The notes below the pieces were generated by a model. That model saw only the letters and a program-made list of their open reading frames with translations. It was not told the DNA's origin and searched no databases. Source: an uncultured Nitrososphaeraceae archaeon (lineage in GTDB: Archaea > Thermoproteota > Nitrososphaeria > Nitrososphaerales > Nitrososphaeraceae). From it: a DNA stretch of 64,000 nucleotides. Each line of letters begins with the position of its first letter. The first letter of the stretch is position 1. Location: positions 64,001 through 128,000 of the forward strand of contig CAWIMJ010000016.1 in assembly GCA_963837175.1 (NCBI GenBank), read 5' to 3'. Below are positions 21,417-31,195 of the stretch, piece after piece. The position numbers and the translations under genes are program-made.

Positions 21417-21839
21417 TCAATAGAGACCTTTTCTGTGACCTTTAATTAGTATTGACTTAAGCTGTCGATGGTCAAGAATACACAAAGCATTTGAAAATGT
21501 TACCCATTTATAGTCATCGTGCTCTTTCGAAATCTTTATTTTCCTAGTTGATGTAGTCGCAAAATAAAATCTGACTTCCTTTTCTGATTTCATCCCATCT
21601 GCTTTGAAATAAGAATAATGAATTCTACCAATATATGATTGAATATATAAGGATACTATGCCTGTTTCTTCACATACTTCTCTTATTAGCGTCTGTACTT
21701 CGGTCTCTCCTTTTTCTTTATGTCCCTGTGGAAAACCCCAAAAACCCCTTCTATTTCTTAAGAGAAGAAATTGAGATTCTACATTCTCTAGAGAAGTACC
21801 ATATCTTATAACTGCTCCTATAGACTGTTCCAGCGCCAC
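21417..21839 (-). CDS. NUDIX hydrolase (Ap4A hydrolase-like)
   Basis: WGFPQGHKEKGETEVQTLIREVCEETG Nudix box and SKEHDDYKW. Confidence 0.9.
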   Translation of the reverse strand: MALEQSIGAVIRYGTSLENVESQFLLLRNRRGFWGFPQGHKEKGETEVQTLIREVCEETGIVSLYIQSYIGRIHYSYFKADGMKSEKEVRFYFATTSTRKIKISKEHDDYKWVTFSNALCILDHRQLKSILIKGHRKGLY

Positions 21840-21930
21840 TCTATACCATTACTTAGAAATTAAGATAATTATAATATTGTTACCTTATCTTAAAGGTATT
21901 AATATCCTACTAAAACTGTTGATTAGTGCA

Positions 21931-22004
21931 GGGCCGGTCGTCTAGTCCGGTAGGATACGGCATTGGCATTGCTGAGGTCGTGGGTTCGAATCCCACCCGG
22001 TCCA
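21931..22004 (+). tRNA. tRNA-Ala(GGC)
   Basis: GGGCCGG/CCGGTCC acceptor stem with G3:U70, CGGCA-TT-GGC-AT-TGCTG anticodon arm, GGTTCGAATCC T-loop. Confidence 0.96.
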
Positions 22005-22034
22005 AATCTTCTGAGTATTTTACGTATGATAGAT

Positions 22035-22520
22035 TCATATAGTAAAATTCTCGTTAATTTCGAAAGCCACTCGTCGTTTATGTATAATTTGATAAATTCT
22101 AAATACTGATTTAGTTCTTGAATCATAACCGATTTCTAATATACGTCTGAAGGTTTCTAATTTAGAATCTACAATAATCTTTCCTAAACCTTCGTTCCTG
22201 TCCTTAATTTTCTTTATTATTTTTTGAGGAAGATATATCGGAAAAATATTTGATCTTGCATATGCTAATCGTTTCCCAGTTGTTTTATTGATAATACATA
22301 TCTCTCGTTTGATCAACTCAGGAGTTTCTTTCTGTTTTAAAACTTTTACTTCGGTTTTAGAGTTAGTCATTATACTCAATATTGGCTCTATTGTTCCAGT
22401 TTCCGAGATAAGGATTTTTGCATAAAGTGAAAGTGTGATGTTTGCTTTACGTTCCAATTCGGCTATCTTCTCTAGCATATAGCATCCAAATTCTTTTATC
22501 GTTATTGAAACGACAGCCAA
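22035..22520 (-). CDS. Chorismate pyruvate-lyase-like (UbiC/DUF98 fold) protein
   Basis: ILISETGT, KREICI, YARS, GLGKII...LETFR pattern typical of the archaeal DUF98 family. Confidence 0.72.
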   Translation of the reverse strand: MAVVSITIKEFGCYMLEKIAELERKANITLSLYAKILISETGTIEPILSIMTNSKTEVKVLKQKETPELIKREICIINKTTGKRLAYARSNIFPIYLPQKIIKKIKDRNEGLGKIIVDSKLETFRRILEIGYDSRTKSVFRIYQIIHKRRVAFEINENFTI

Positions 22521-22544
22521 TTGTTCTATAATAATATACGAACA

Positions 22545-23255
22545 TTAAAAAAATGATCCAGTGGCAAATCTAAAAACTAAAACGATAATGGTAAAAATTA
22601 TAGTTCCTAAACTCACTAATTTAAGCCTAGTTTCAAGTTTTTTCATTCGATATTTGTCACGTCCATTTCTTCTCATTTCTTTATATGGTCTAGATGTTCT
22701 AATTTCGATATAACTTTCAAGACCTGCGATTACAGATATAATTATCGGCAAGAACCCAATGGAATTAGTTTGCATAATAAATCCTGCCAGCAATGGTAGG
22801 ACTCCCCAAGATGTTGCAAACCAGAAGCTGTTATGAAAAAATCCTTTGAATAGTTCCAGATTATATGCAAAAACAAAAAATCCTTCTAATATGGCAATTA
22901 TGCAAAGTAGCGGTACATAAAAAATTATGTAATAGATTCCAATAGCGTATGCAACTGTTAATCCCGAAATTATCAACATCCATAATTGTCGTTTGTTAAG
23001 GTAATCCCCCCATGGCTTAATTTTTGAACCTAAGATATCAGCAGCATGCGCTGACACTCCTAGTGCTAGAGCATAAATAACAGAAATAGCAATAACTCTA
23101 TCCCACAATACGATAGGAGAAAGAAGAGAACCAATTATCGTAAAGGATATGCACATACCTGTATATGGAAGAAATAGTAAGCCTATAAAAATACGGAATT
23201 TTATAGGCCCAAATTTCGGTACAAACCACTCATTCAAACGAGTATCGTCATTCAA
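22545..23255 (-). CDS. Polytopic membrane protein, UbiA prenyltransferase-like
   Basis: About 7-8 hydrophobic segments, LPYT, HAAD, AYNLE, WG.LP. Likely TTG start overlaps the upstream TGA (TTGA at 23255-23252). Confidence 0.6.
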   Translation of the reverse strand: MNDDTRLNEWFVPKFGPIKFRIFIGLLFLPYTGMCISFTIIGSLLSPIVLWDRVIAISVIYALALGVSAHAADILGSKIKPWGDYLNKRQLWMLIISGLTVAYAIGIYYIIFYVPLLCIIAILEGFFVFAYNLELFKGFFHNSFWFATSWGVLPLLAGFIMQTNSIGFLPIIISVIAGLESYIEIRTSRPYKEMRRNGRDKYRMKKLETRLKLVSLGTIIFTIIVLVFRFATGSFF

Positions 23256-23929
23256 GGTTTTTTTGCTGAAATAATTGCAGCCGTCCCTAAAGTATAAAAA
23301 TTGCAAGAGATACTCTTGAATCCCGCCTGTTGTAGAACATACATCATTTCTTCTACCCATTTAGTATTTCTTATAACGTTATTTAAGTCCCTAAATACAG
23401 TTCCCCAAGAAGCCGAAAAGTTACCAACTATTTGAAGAACTACAAAATATGCACTCCATAAAATGCGAAAAATAATGTTTTGGGGATAAGTGAAGTCGTG
23501 AAAAACTATAACTCCATTATGGTTTAATACACGCCATGATTCTTCTACTAATCTCCTGATGTTCACATATTTAGCCAGGTAGGAAGATATAATCGTATCA
23601 AAACTGTTACTCCTGTAAGGTAGTGTTTCTGCATTACCATTAATAAATAAACCGTACCTTCTTTTCTTTTTTGCAATTTTCAAATAGTCTAATGCCAGAT
23701 CTAGACCCATTATTTGTTTTTTATTACTTTTTGATATTAATGAAGAAAGAATCCCAGTTCCACAAGCAAGGTCGAGGATATTTTCTCTTTTATCAAGGAT
23801 GCTTAACATATGATTTTTCCATAGGTAATCCTGTCCAAAAGTAGTAAGACGAACGATAAAATCATAGCTGGACGCAGTTTTAGAGTTAAAGAATTTTCTG
23901 GCAATTATATGTCCCTCATGTACTTGCAA
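23252..23929 (-). CDS. UbiE/MenG-like SAM-dependent methyltransferase
   Basis: FF...A.SYD, TFGQDYLWK, ILDLACGTG, GNAETLPY...FD. Confidence 0.85.
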   Translation of the reverse strand: MQVHEGHIIARKFFNSKTASSYDFIVRLTTFGQDYLWKNHMLSILDKRENILDLACGTGILSSLISKSNKKQIMGLDLALDYLKIAKKKRRYGLFINGNAETLPYRSNSFDTIISSYLAKYVNIRRLVEESWRVLNHNGVIVFHDFTYPQNIIFRILWSAYFVVLQIVGNFSASWGTVFRDLNNVIRNTKWVEEMMYVLQQAGFKSISCNFYTLGTAAIISAKKP

Positions 23930-24006
23930 TATTTTTATATTGTATGTTACTTCCTAATATATATTGAAACTTATACAGGCAGCTCACACTATATAGTAAG
24001 AATAAA

Positions 24007-24714
24007 TTGTATTTTGTCAACTGGCAAAGAAAGGTATCTATAGAATATGTTGATGGACGAAAAGTAGTTGTTAAAAAAAATAAATCAACAAAAGTTTTTC
24101 ATGAATATCTTTTAATATTCACTTATACGCTTGCCTCTATTTTGCTGGCTCATCCTTCTGCTCCACCTTATTTAGGAAAATTTATGTTACAAAACGAGAG
24201 TTACGATATGAGAAGGAATTTACAAAAGTTAGGTATTCCTACGCCACAGCTTATTTCAATTTCGGAGTCTGTTATAATCGAAGAATATATACAGCAAGGA
24301 GACCTGTATCGAGCGTTTTTAGATGGTAAAAATTCAACGTTAGCCTTCCAAGCAGGAGTTTTAACCGGAAAATTACATAAGGCAAATTACGTTTTTACAG
24401 ATAATAAATCGCAGAATTATCTTGTTGCCTCAGATAAGTCTCTCATTAGAACTGATTTAGGATTCATACAAAAAAAAAGTTCAATATTTTCACAGAGCAT
24501 CGATATTGGTTCATTTCTTGCCAGTGTAATAGATTTTGAGAACTCCCAATATCAGGCAATAGAAAGAGCTTTTTTCTATGGATACAAATCCGAGACAAAG
24601 CATAGTTTTCCATATCTTTCTATCGTACTGAGAAATATTCTTTCGTTCGGTTTTGCTTCTAATCACACTGCAATGCTTCGAAATATGGTTAGAGACTCTT
24701 CAAAGACACTATGA
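24007..24714 (+). CDS. Atypical kinase-fold protein (Bud32/Kdo/RIO-like)
   Basis: VVVKK, GIPTPQL, EEYI, LHKA, FTDNKSQN (catalytic D..N), TDLG. Confidence 0.7.
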   Translation: MYFVNWQRKVSIEYVDGRKVVVKKNKSTKVFHEYLLIFTYTLASILLAHPSAPPYLGKFMLQNESYDMRRNLQKLGIPTPQLISISESVIIEEYIQQGDLYRAFLDGKNSTLAFQAGVLTGKLHKANYVFTDNKSQNYLVASDKSLIRTDLGFIQKKSSIFSQSIDIGSFLASVIDFENSQYQAIERAFFYGYKSETKHSFPYLSIVLRNILSFGFASNHTAMLRNMVRDSSKTL

Positions 24715-25256
24715 ATCTGTTAGATGACGAAAGGAAAAGGACTAGCAAAATAAATTTTGTGATAAACACTATCATATATAATAAGCAGAAAACAATCAAC
24801 TTCTATATCTAATCGATTGTCATTATTTACTACATCTTGATAAAATTATTTCGGTCACTTATACTTATAAAACGAAAATATTAAAAGCTATTGCTCTAAA
24901 TATTTAATTTTTAAAATTAAGTACTAATTGTGTCACAAAATGGCTTCAAATTTCGGATCCAGTCAGACAAAGCAATGATAAGTTCATAAAAAAATGTGAT
25001 GGTAAATAAAAGATATATTCCAATACCGTCACGACGAATTTACACAATAACCTTGTTCAGAAGACGACACAGTCTGACAAGAATAGCAAAACCGTGATTT
25101 GCAGATGGCTATATTCTACTATCACTTAATAGGCCTATTTCGAATTTAAACAATCTCTATTTTCAAAAGGCTTCTTCTTAATATACGAAAGTATCTAGAT
25201 TTCCTTAGTTTTCTTGCCGTAATGTAGATAAACCCTCTCTAGTTTTAATAACAGAA

Positions 25257-26646
25257 TTGACTAGCTCAATAAGCAGTAACATTGATGAAAGCAGACGTAA
25301 AAAAAAGAAGAAATTACTTTTTGTTTTATCCGTTTCTATAATAATAGTAATCCTGACTATAATTATAGTCGCATTCCACTTTAACCTAGTGAATATGATA
25401 ATAGGCCAAATACAGCAACACAAAAAGAAACAAGGTCCATCTTTACAAATTCCATATAACTCTCTGAAAGTAGAATTGGTGACTGAAGGATTGTCTTTTC
25501 CTACAAGTATGGACTTTATAGATAGTAACAATATTTTGGTTTTGCAAAAGGATACTGGAACAGTACATCTTGTCTCAAATGGTATTCTACAGAAGAAGCC
25601 AGTGTTGAAAGTACAAGTTGACACAAAGGGAGAGCGTGGACTACTTGGAATCACACATAGTAGAAAAGATACTGTGTTTCTTTATTTTACTGAATCAGAC
25701 TATGGTGATAAGTCATTAAGAAATAGAGTATATAGGTATCATTGGAATGGAACGAATCTTCTTAATCGTACGTTGATTTTGGATTTGCCTGCAGCACCAG
25801 GTCCCTATCATCAAGGTGGAAAATTGAAGATTGGCTATGATAATTATCTGTATGCAGTTATAGGAGACCTTACTGGCAGCAGACGGTTTACTACAAAATC
25901 ATAAAGACGGAAAGAAGCCTAATGATAGCTCGGTCATATTGAGAGTAAATCCAGATAATGGTTCACCAGTCAATAATAATCCATTTTACAGCAATAATTA
26001 CAGTAGTAGTAGTAATAATAATAGTGATTATTATAATGATAAAGATGATGTTGAGAGCTTGTTGGGCAGCTATTATGCATACGGTATCAGAAATAGTTTT
26101 GGAATAGATTTTGATCCTATAACAGGAGCCTTATGGGATACAGAAAATGGAGAAATTGGCTATGATGAAGTTAATTTGATTAAACCAGGATTTAACAGTG
26201 GATGGGCACAAGTTATGGGGCCTATTACTAGAAATAATAAAACGGATAATGATTTAGTAAGTTTCCCCGGCTCTATATATACTGATCCCATATTTAGCTG
26301 GAAAGCTCAGATTGGAATTACTGACATAGAATTTCTAAATTCTTCAAAACTCGGAGATAAATATACAAATAACATTTTTGTTGGTGATATTAATAATGGT
26401 AATCTATATTACTTTGAAGTTAATGATAGAAGGACAGGCCTAAAGTTTGATAATAATAATAATAATAGGAGCAGCAGCCGTCACTATATTGGACTAACTG
26501 ATTTCGTGGTTGATAATGATGACGAATTATCAGCCTCAATTTTTGGAACTGGCTTTGGCCGTATAACTGATATTGAGACAGGTCCTGATGGGTTTTTATA
26601 TATATTGTCATACGAGGATGGAAAAATATATAGAATCGTAAGATAA
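25257..26646 (+). CDS. Membrane-anchored PQQ-dependent sugar dehydrogenase (GSDH family), one +1 frameshift near 25875
   Basis: N-terminal TM anchor, ERGLLG, HQGG, YAYGIRNSFG, DTENG, GFNSGW, GPDG. The two ORF-track pieces join as GDLTAADGLLQNHKDG if one G is removed. Confidence 0.85.
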
Positions 26647-27025
26647 TTACAGAATATAAACAACACAACAAGAGCATAATTCTTAATAAATTGGAATTAT
26701 TAGATATACATATTATGAGTTAAGTATATCACAGTATTCTAACCATGCGCTCTATAGAAGATTCTGCGAATGCATAATAGTTATGATAACATTAAATGAC
26801 AATTAATTTACATGAAGATTAGATAATCATTTTATTACAAGAACAAAATGCTAATACGTTTAAGGCAAATAAAATTGAAGTAGTTATTTATATCCATCCT
26901 GCATTTCAACTGATTTGTCGCTATGCATAAATGTTAGTTTGTCAAAACTCATTACCATTCATTTATAGCGCTAACAAGGTTGTTCAACGGTTATTGTCAT
27001 ACTTTAGTCTACTTCTCTATAGATC

Positions 27026-27418
27026 CTAAGGAACGATTAGTGTTTTTTTATCGAAACCACCGGAACCAAATTTGCAATAGAAGCATTGATCAGATTGCAT
27101 ATAGGGTATTCTTTGGACTATTACTGCCCCTATTTTAAGGGCTATTTTCGTCATCAACCTATACTTAAAAGGCATTGATGGAATTACTTCCCCAAAATAA
27201 AGACTATAATGATCAGGACAAAATTTGAGTATTACCTGAGCTTTTTGTCTTTGTTCAGGAACTATTTCTCTATTATTATTACTTACGACTTTGGCTATAT
27301 TAACCTGTTCACGTATATATTCATGCTTAGGGCATGGACAATTCTTACCGCCAGGATGCTTATAGGCTGGAACGTTCTTCCAATCCAAATTTGGGAAGTC
27401 TCTCTCAAAATCGTCCAT
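27026..27418 (-). CDS. Hypothetical Cys/His-rich protein
   Basis: 130-aa ATG ORF with CPCPKH, CPDH, CFYC. Confidence 0.7.
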   Translation of the reverse strand: MDDFERDFPNLDWKNVPAYKHPGGKNCPCPKHEYIREQVNIAKVVSNNNREIVPEQRQKAQVILKFCPDHYSLYFGEVIPSMPFKYRLMTKIALKIGAVIVQRIPYMQSDQCFYCKFGSGGFDKKTLIVP

Positions 27419-27569
27419 AAGCGATCAATAATCTCTAATAACGTCATGTCATATAAAGGTGTGGGAAACATTAATTTTTTTAAAAATTGCCTCCCTCCAC
27501 CTAATAAGAATTACGGTTCAAGAATGAGAAAAAATATATTTTTGAAGGTATAACAGAACGACAAGCAAC

Positions 27570-28607
27570 GTGACAAGAGACAAATACAGTAATGGAAATA
27601 GCAGTGCAGCGACTACTACTACAACTGCTGCTAGAAATAATATTATAAGGAGCAACCAGAATTCAGCAGATTCAAACCTCAATACTCTACTAGAATTCAA
27701 AAAAACTCTAGTAGAAGAACAGAAAACAGGCGAAAGTAAGATTCAAGAACTTAACAATAAGATAGAAGGTACAAAGAAGCAGATTGATGAGGAAAGGATA
27801 CGATTAGAGGATTTTCGTATCAAATTAAAAGAAATTAACGATCAGAAAGACACAGAATACTCTAAATTTACTGAAATGAAAAGTAATTTTATACAAGCAA
27901 AAAATCAAATGAAATCTCTTGATGATAAAGCTGGTCCAGCTGGATTATCTAAATCGCGTAAGGAACGTTTTGATCTAGCTAATTTGACCAAAGTTTTTGA
28001 ACAGATTGAGCGGGACATTCAAACAAAGAAACTATCAAAAGATGAAGAGAGAAAATTAGTCGCAAAATCGAAAGAGATTGCTACCAAATTGTATGCATTA
28101 AAGATTATCCACAAGAAAGAAGATCATTATAGAAAAATTTCATTTCAATATGATGCAATAAAATCAAAAATGAACAATATCTTTGATCTGAAATCAGAAT
28201 TTGGTAACAATATTGGCGAACTGAAGAAAAGCTTAGATGTTCTTTTAAATTTACGTGAGAATTTATACGAAGAAAGAAGAAAAATAATCCGCGAAGTAAG
28301 AGAAGCAGCAGCAAAATTAGAAATGGTCGAAACACAACTCAACGCAATTGAATTTAGAAAATCGCGTATTCAGGCTGCTGAATATAGGCAAAGAAAACAG
28401 AAGGAAAGCGGAGAAAGGCGAGAATCCAGATACGAAGTAGCTCAAGAGAGAGCCAAACGTAGTAAAGAGAACCAAGAAAGATGGAACACATTAAAGGAAG
28501 CCGCATTAAAAAAGATGTCAAGTGGCGAAAAGCTAACGTTTGAGGAAATGAAATTAATCTTTGGTGACAGTAATAATCCGGATCTGATCATGGGCTCAGA
28601 TGATTGA
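27570..28607 (+). CDS. Archaeal long coiled-coil protein
   Basis: K/E-rich heptad sequence, IQTKKLSKDEERKLV, and C-terminal GEKLTFEEM. Confidence 0.8.
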   Translation: MTRDKYSNGNSSAATTTTTAARNNIIRSNQNSADSNLNTLLEFKKTLVEEQKTGESKIQELNNKIEGTKKQIDEERIRLEDFRIKLKEINDQKDTEYSKFTEMKSNFIQAKNQMKSLDDKAGPAGLSKSRKERFDLANLTKVFEQIERDIQTKKLSKDEERKLVAKSKEIATKLYALKIIHKKEDHYRKISFQYDAIKSKMNNIFDLKSEFGNNIGELKKSLDVLLNLRENLYEERRKIIREVREAAAKLEMVETQLNAIEFRKSRIQAAEYRQRKQKESGERRESRYEVAQERAKRSKENQERWNTLKEAALKKMSSGEKLTFEEMKLIFGDSNNPDLIMGSDD

Positions 28608-29256
28608 GTTATTTCCTTGTAGTGGTTCATATAGTTCCTCAACTTATTTTATCATATTCAAAAGAAAAACTGAACAGAAAATATAAATATTTCAAATATA
28701 TATAACAATAGTATTTTAATCCAATATACCAGGAACCTGATTCTCATCTAATCATAGTCTAATCGGTTATTATTTGACCATATTTCATCACGATTTGTCA
28801 AATCGATTAGGACAAGAATTATTCTTATCTATTTAAGTTTCGTGCTAATCGAAAGAATAACCAAGATAAGCCTATTTAAAGAGTTAAGCTAAAACAATTA
28901 AATACGGCTTATTTTTGTACGACCTGACTTGCATAGGAGGGTTGAGAATCCCATTCATGTTGTTTTGTGAAATAAAAATATTTTCAGACATGTGATCGTA
29001 AGATACGAACCAGATTATAATATAATGAAATAAAGAAATCAAAAAGAACATAAAAAATAGACAAATAATGATAAAGACATTTTGGTAAAAGATCTCCTGT
29101 AGCAAATTCGAACTATGTACAATGTCTCGCTCTGCCTAGTGATCTGAGTGCCATAATAGTAATTTTATAGAAAGATAGAGATAACGGTAATGAAATTCTT
29201 AGGATATATAGCAACTTATAATTGCCCCAATTTCATATCTCATATCAGGATTGTGA

Positions 29257-29718
29257 ATGTCTGACACAAGGCAGCTTCTTGTTCGTAGAATCAAGGATGG
29301 AACAGTAATAGATCATATCGAATCTGGAAAGGCATTGCTTGTATTACGTACTCTAGATATTACAGGCAAAGAGGGCAACGTCATTACCGTTGCCTTAAAT
29401 GTTCCAAGTAGTAAGCATAATAAGAAAGATATTATCAAAGTAGAAAACAGATTTTTAGAAAAAAATGAAACTAACAAACTTGCCTTAATTGCTCCTCATG
29501 CAACTATTAATATTATCAAAGACTATAAATTATTTGAAAAACGTAAGATTCAACTCCCTGATTCTATTATTGGAGTTTTCAAATGCACAAATCTTAAATG
29601 TGTTACAAACAGTGATGAATATATTAAACCTATCATAAATATTATAGATAAAGAAAAAATTATATTAAGATGCAAGTATTGTTTTAGAACTCTTACTATA
29701 AACGAATTAGTGTCTTGA
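29257..29718 (+). CDS. pyrI: Aspartate carbamoyltransferase regulatory chain
   Basis: IKDGTVIDHI, KKDIIKVE, and C..xxC...CxxC zinc site (CTNLKC, CKYC). Confidence 0.95.
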   Translation: MSDTRQLLVRRIKDGTVIDHIESGKALLVLRTLDITGKEGNVITVALNVPSSKHNKKDIIKVENRFLEKNETNKLALIAPHATINIIKDYKLFEKRKIQLPDSIIGVFKCTNLKCVTNSDEYIKPIINIIDKEKIILRCKYCFRTLTINELVS

Positions 29719-29796
29719 TTATCATAAATACCATCTCAATCTATGTATCATCAGATAGTGCCAAGAGAATGATGAAAAAGGAAAATTATTACAATC

Positions 29797-30117
29797 TCAT
29801 GATTGTCCTAGAATTATGATTGCTACGACGATACCATAAATTGCGATTGCTTCTCCGAGAGCTGTAAACACTAACGCCTGTGATCGGAGTTCAGGTCTTT
29901 CGGTAATAGCCGCGAGTCCTGCTGCACCCACACCTCCAATGGCTATACCTGCACCAAGGGCAGCTAGCCCAAAGGCAACTCCTGCACCTATAAATTTCAT
30001 AGACCCACTAGCAGATGCTGCTGCCTGTTGGGCATCAACATTATTTGTCAAATGCTCTACAGAAAGTAAGGTTACGGCAGTAATAATTGCTACTGTTGAA
30101 AATGACAGTAATTTCAT
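29797..30117 (-). CDS. atpK: A-type ATP synthase subunit K (c, proteolipid) with N-terminal signal-like extension
   Basis: Gly/Ala-rich hairpin, ERPE loop, ion-binding Glu in ALGEAIAIYG; ATG at 30117. Confidence 0.93.
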   Translation of the reverse strand: MKLLSFSTVAIITAVTLLSVEHLTNNVDAQQAAASASGSMKFIGAGVAFGLAALGAGIAIGGVGAAGLAAITERPELRSQALVFTALGEAIAIYGIVVAIIILGQS

Positions 30118-30405
30118 AGACAAGGTAAGCAAGATAAGGTGCCATATTTAACTATAACTAAATGACCAAAAAGGTAAATTTTATGGATAATGAAGTCTCC
30201 AAGGTTATAAGAACTAGTTCAGGCTATGTTATTTTTAGCATTTAACATCAAAGAATCTATCTATTCATAATCAGTGTCTTTTAATTCAAAGTCGGATGCA
30301 GAGGATGTTCTACAGATTTTATTTTAATCTATCAATGATGACGGATCAATCTCTTCTAAAATGGTCCAATAGGATCAATGTTTCTCCCAAAACATTGCGA
30401 TATAA

Positions 30406-30546
30406 TTATATATGTTGTATCTTTATTAGCGTGTTCCTCTTGTAATTGGTTAAATCCTCTTTTATATTTTCAATCATTAAATCATGCTCCTGCTTTAATC
30501 GCATTTTGGCAGTTTCAAACATTTTGTTGATAATATCTTGAGCCAT
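30406..30546 (-). CDS. 46-aa helical protein inside the atp operon (possible small ATPase subunit)
   Basis: ATG 1 nt after the atpD stop; MAQDIINKMFETAKMRLKQEHDLMIENIKEDLTNYKRNTLIKIQHI*. Too short for the ORF track. Confidence 0.6.
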   Translation of the reverse strand: MAQDIINKMFETAKMRLKQEHDLMIENIKEDLTNYKRNTLIKIQHI

Positions 30547-30547
30547 T

Positions 30548-31186
30548 TTAAATCTTCTTCTTCTCCAACACAGCCTTCACTTTTTTGAGTCTTACGAATT
30601 CTTCTCGTTCTCTTTCCTCCAAGGTTGCTTTTATAAAGTAAATTGCATCTTGATATTGAGGAATGATGACAAATTCTAATGCATTTATTAGTTTTTGTGT
30701 TCTTTCAAGCTCTTTAGCTAAACTGAAGATCGCATTTTCATATTCTGCTGCCTTACATATTCCTGGCAACGCATCCTTTATCAGTTTGGCGGCCTTATCT
30801 ACGTAGGCATTTGTGTCGGCAAAACCATATGCTATTGTTTGTGCCCCTTCTTTCGCTGTTACCTGAAGAGTAGGTACTTTAACATCAACAATTCTCCGGA
30901 CATTGACATCAACTTCCATTGTACCTGGTGTGGAGGTTGCAATGGATTCGATAGTTGATGTACCTAGTGAAAGATATGCATCATAGACTGATTTGTAAAT
31001 CTCTTCCAATGGTAGCCAAATATCTTCTCTTGCTTTGTTTGCCTCCTCAATCATTTCATCTATTTTCTTTAACAATACTTCCCGCTTATCGTCGAGAATT
31101 TTGTGAACCATCTTTGCGACTTGCATTGATCGCCGTATCTTAATCCATTCAATTTTGGTCGCTATAGCTTTTTTGCCAAATGACAT
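30548..31186 (-). CDS. atpD: A-type ATP synthase subunit D
   Basis: LDDKREVL, INALEFVIIP, LEEREREEF.RLK. Confidence 0.95.
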   Translation of the reverse strand: MSFGKKAIATKIEWIKIRRSMQVAKMVHKILDDKREVLLKKIDEMIEEANKAREDIWLPLEEIYKSVYDAYLSLGTSTIESIATSTPGTMEVDVNVRRIVDVKVPTLQVTAKEGAQTIAYGFADTNAYVDKAAKLIKDALPGICKAAEYENAIFSLAKELERTQKLINALEFVIIPQYQDAIYFIKATLEEREREEFVRLKKVKAVLEKKKI

Positions 31187-31195
31187 AGATTACTA

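Noticed and set aside
23256-23360. Upstream extension of the UbiA-like ORF
   Set aside because: It overlaps the methyltransferase; the TTGA start/stop overlap at 23255 is more plausible.
25970-26470. (AAT)n/(AGT)n runs in the PQQ dehydrogenase gene
   Set aside because: In-frame Asn/Ser microsatellite expansions, also seen in other genes here; no sign of a separate element.
21990-26700. Genomic island integrated at tRNA-Ala
   Set aside because: No integrase and no duplicated tRNA 3' end were seen.
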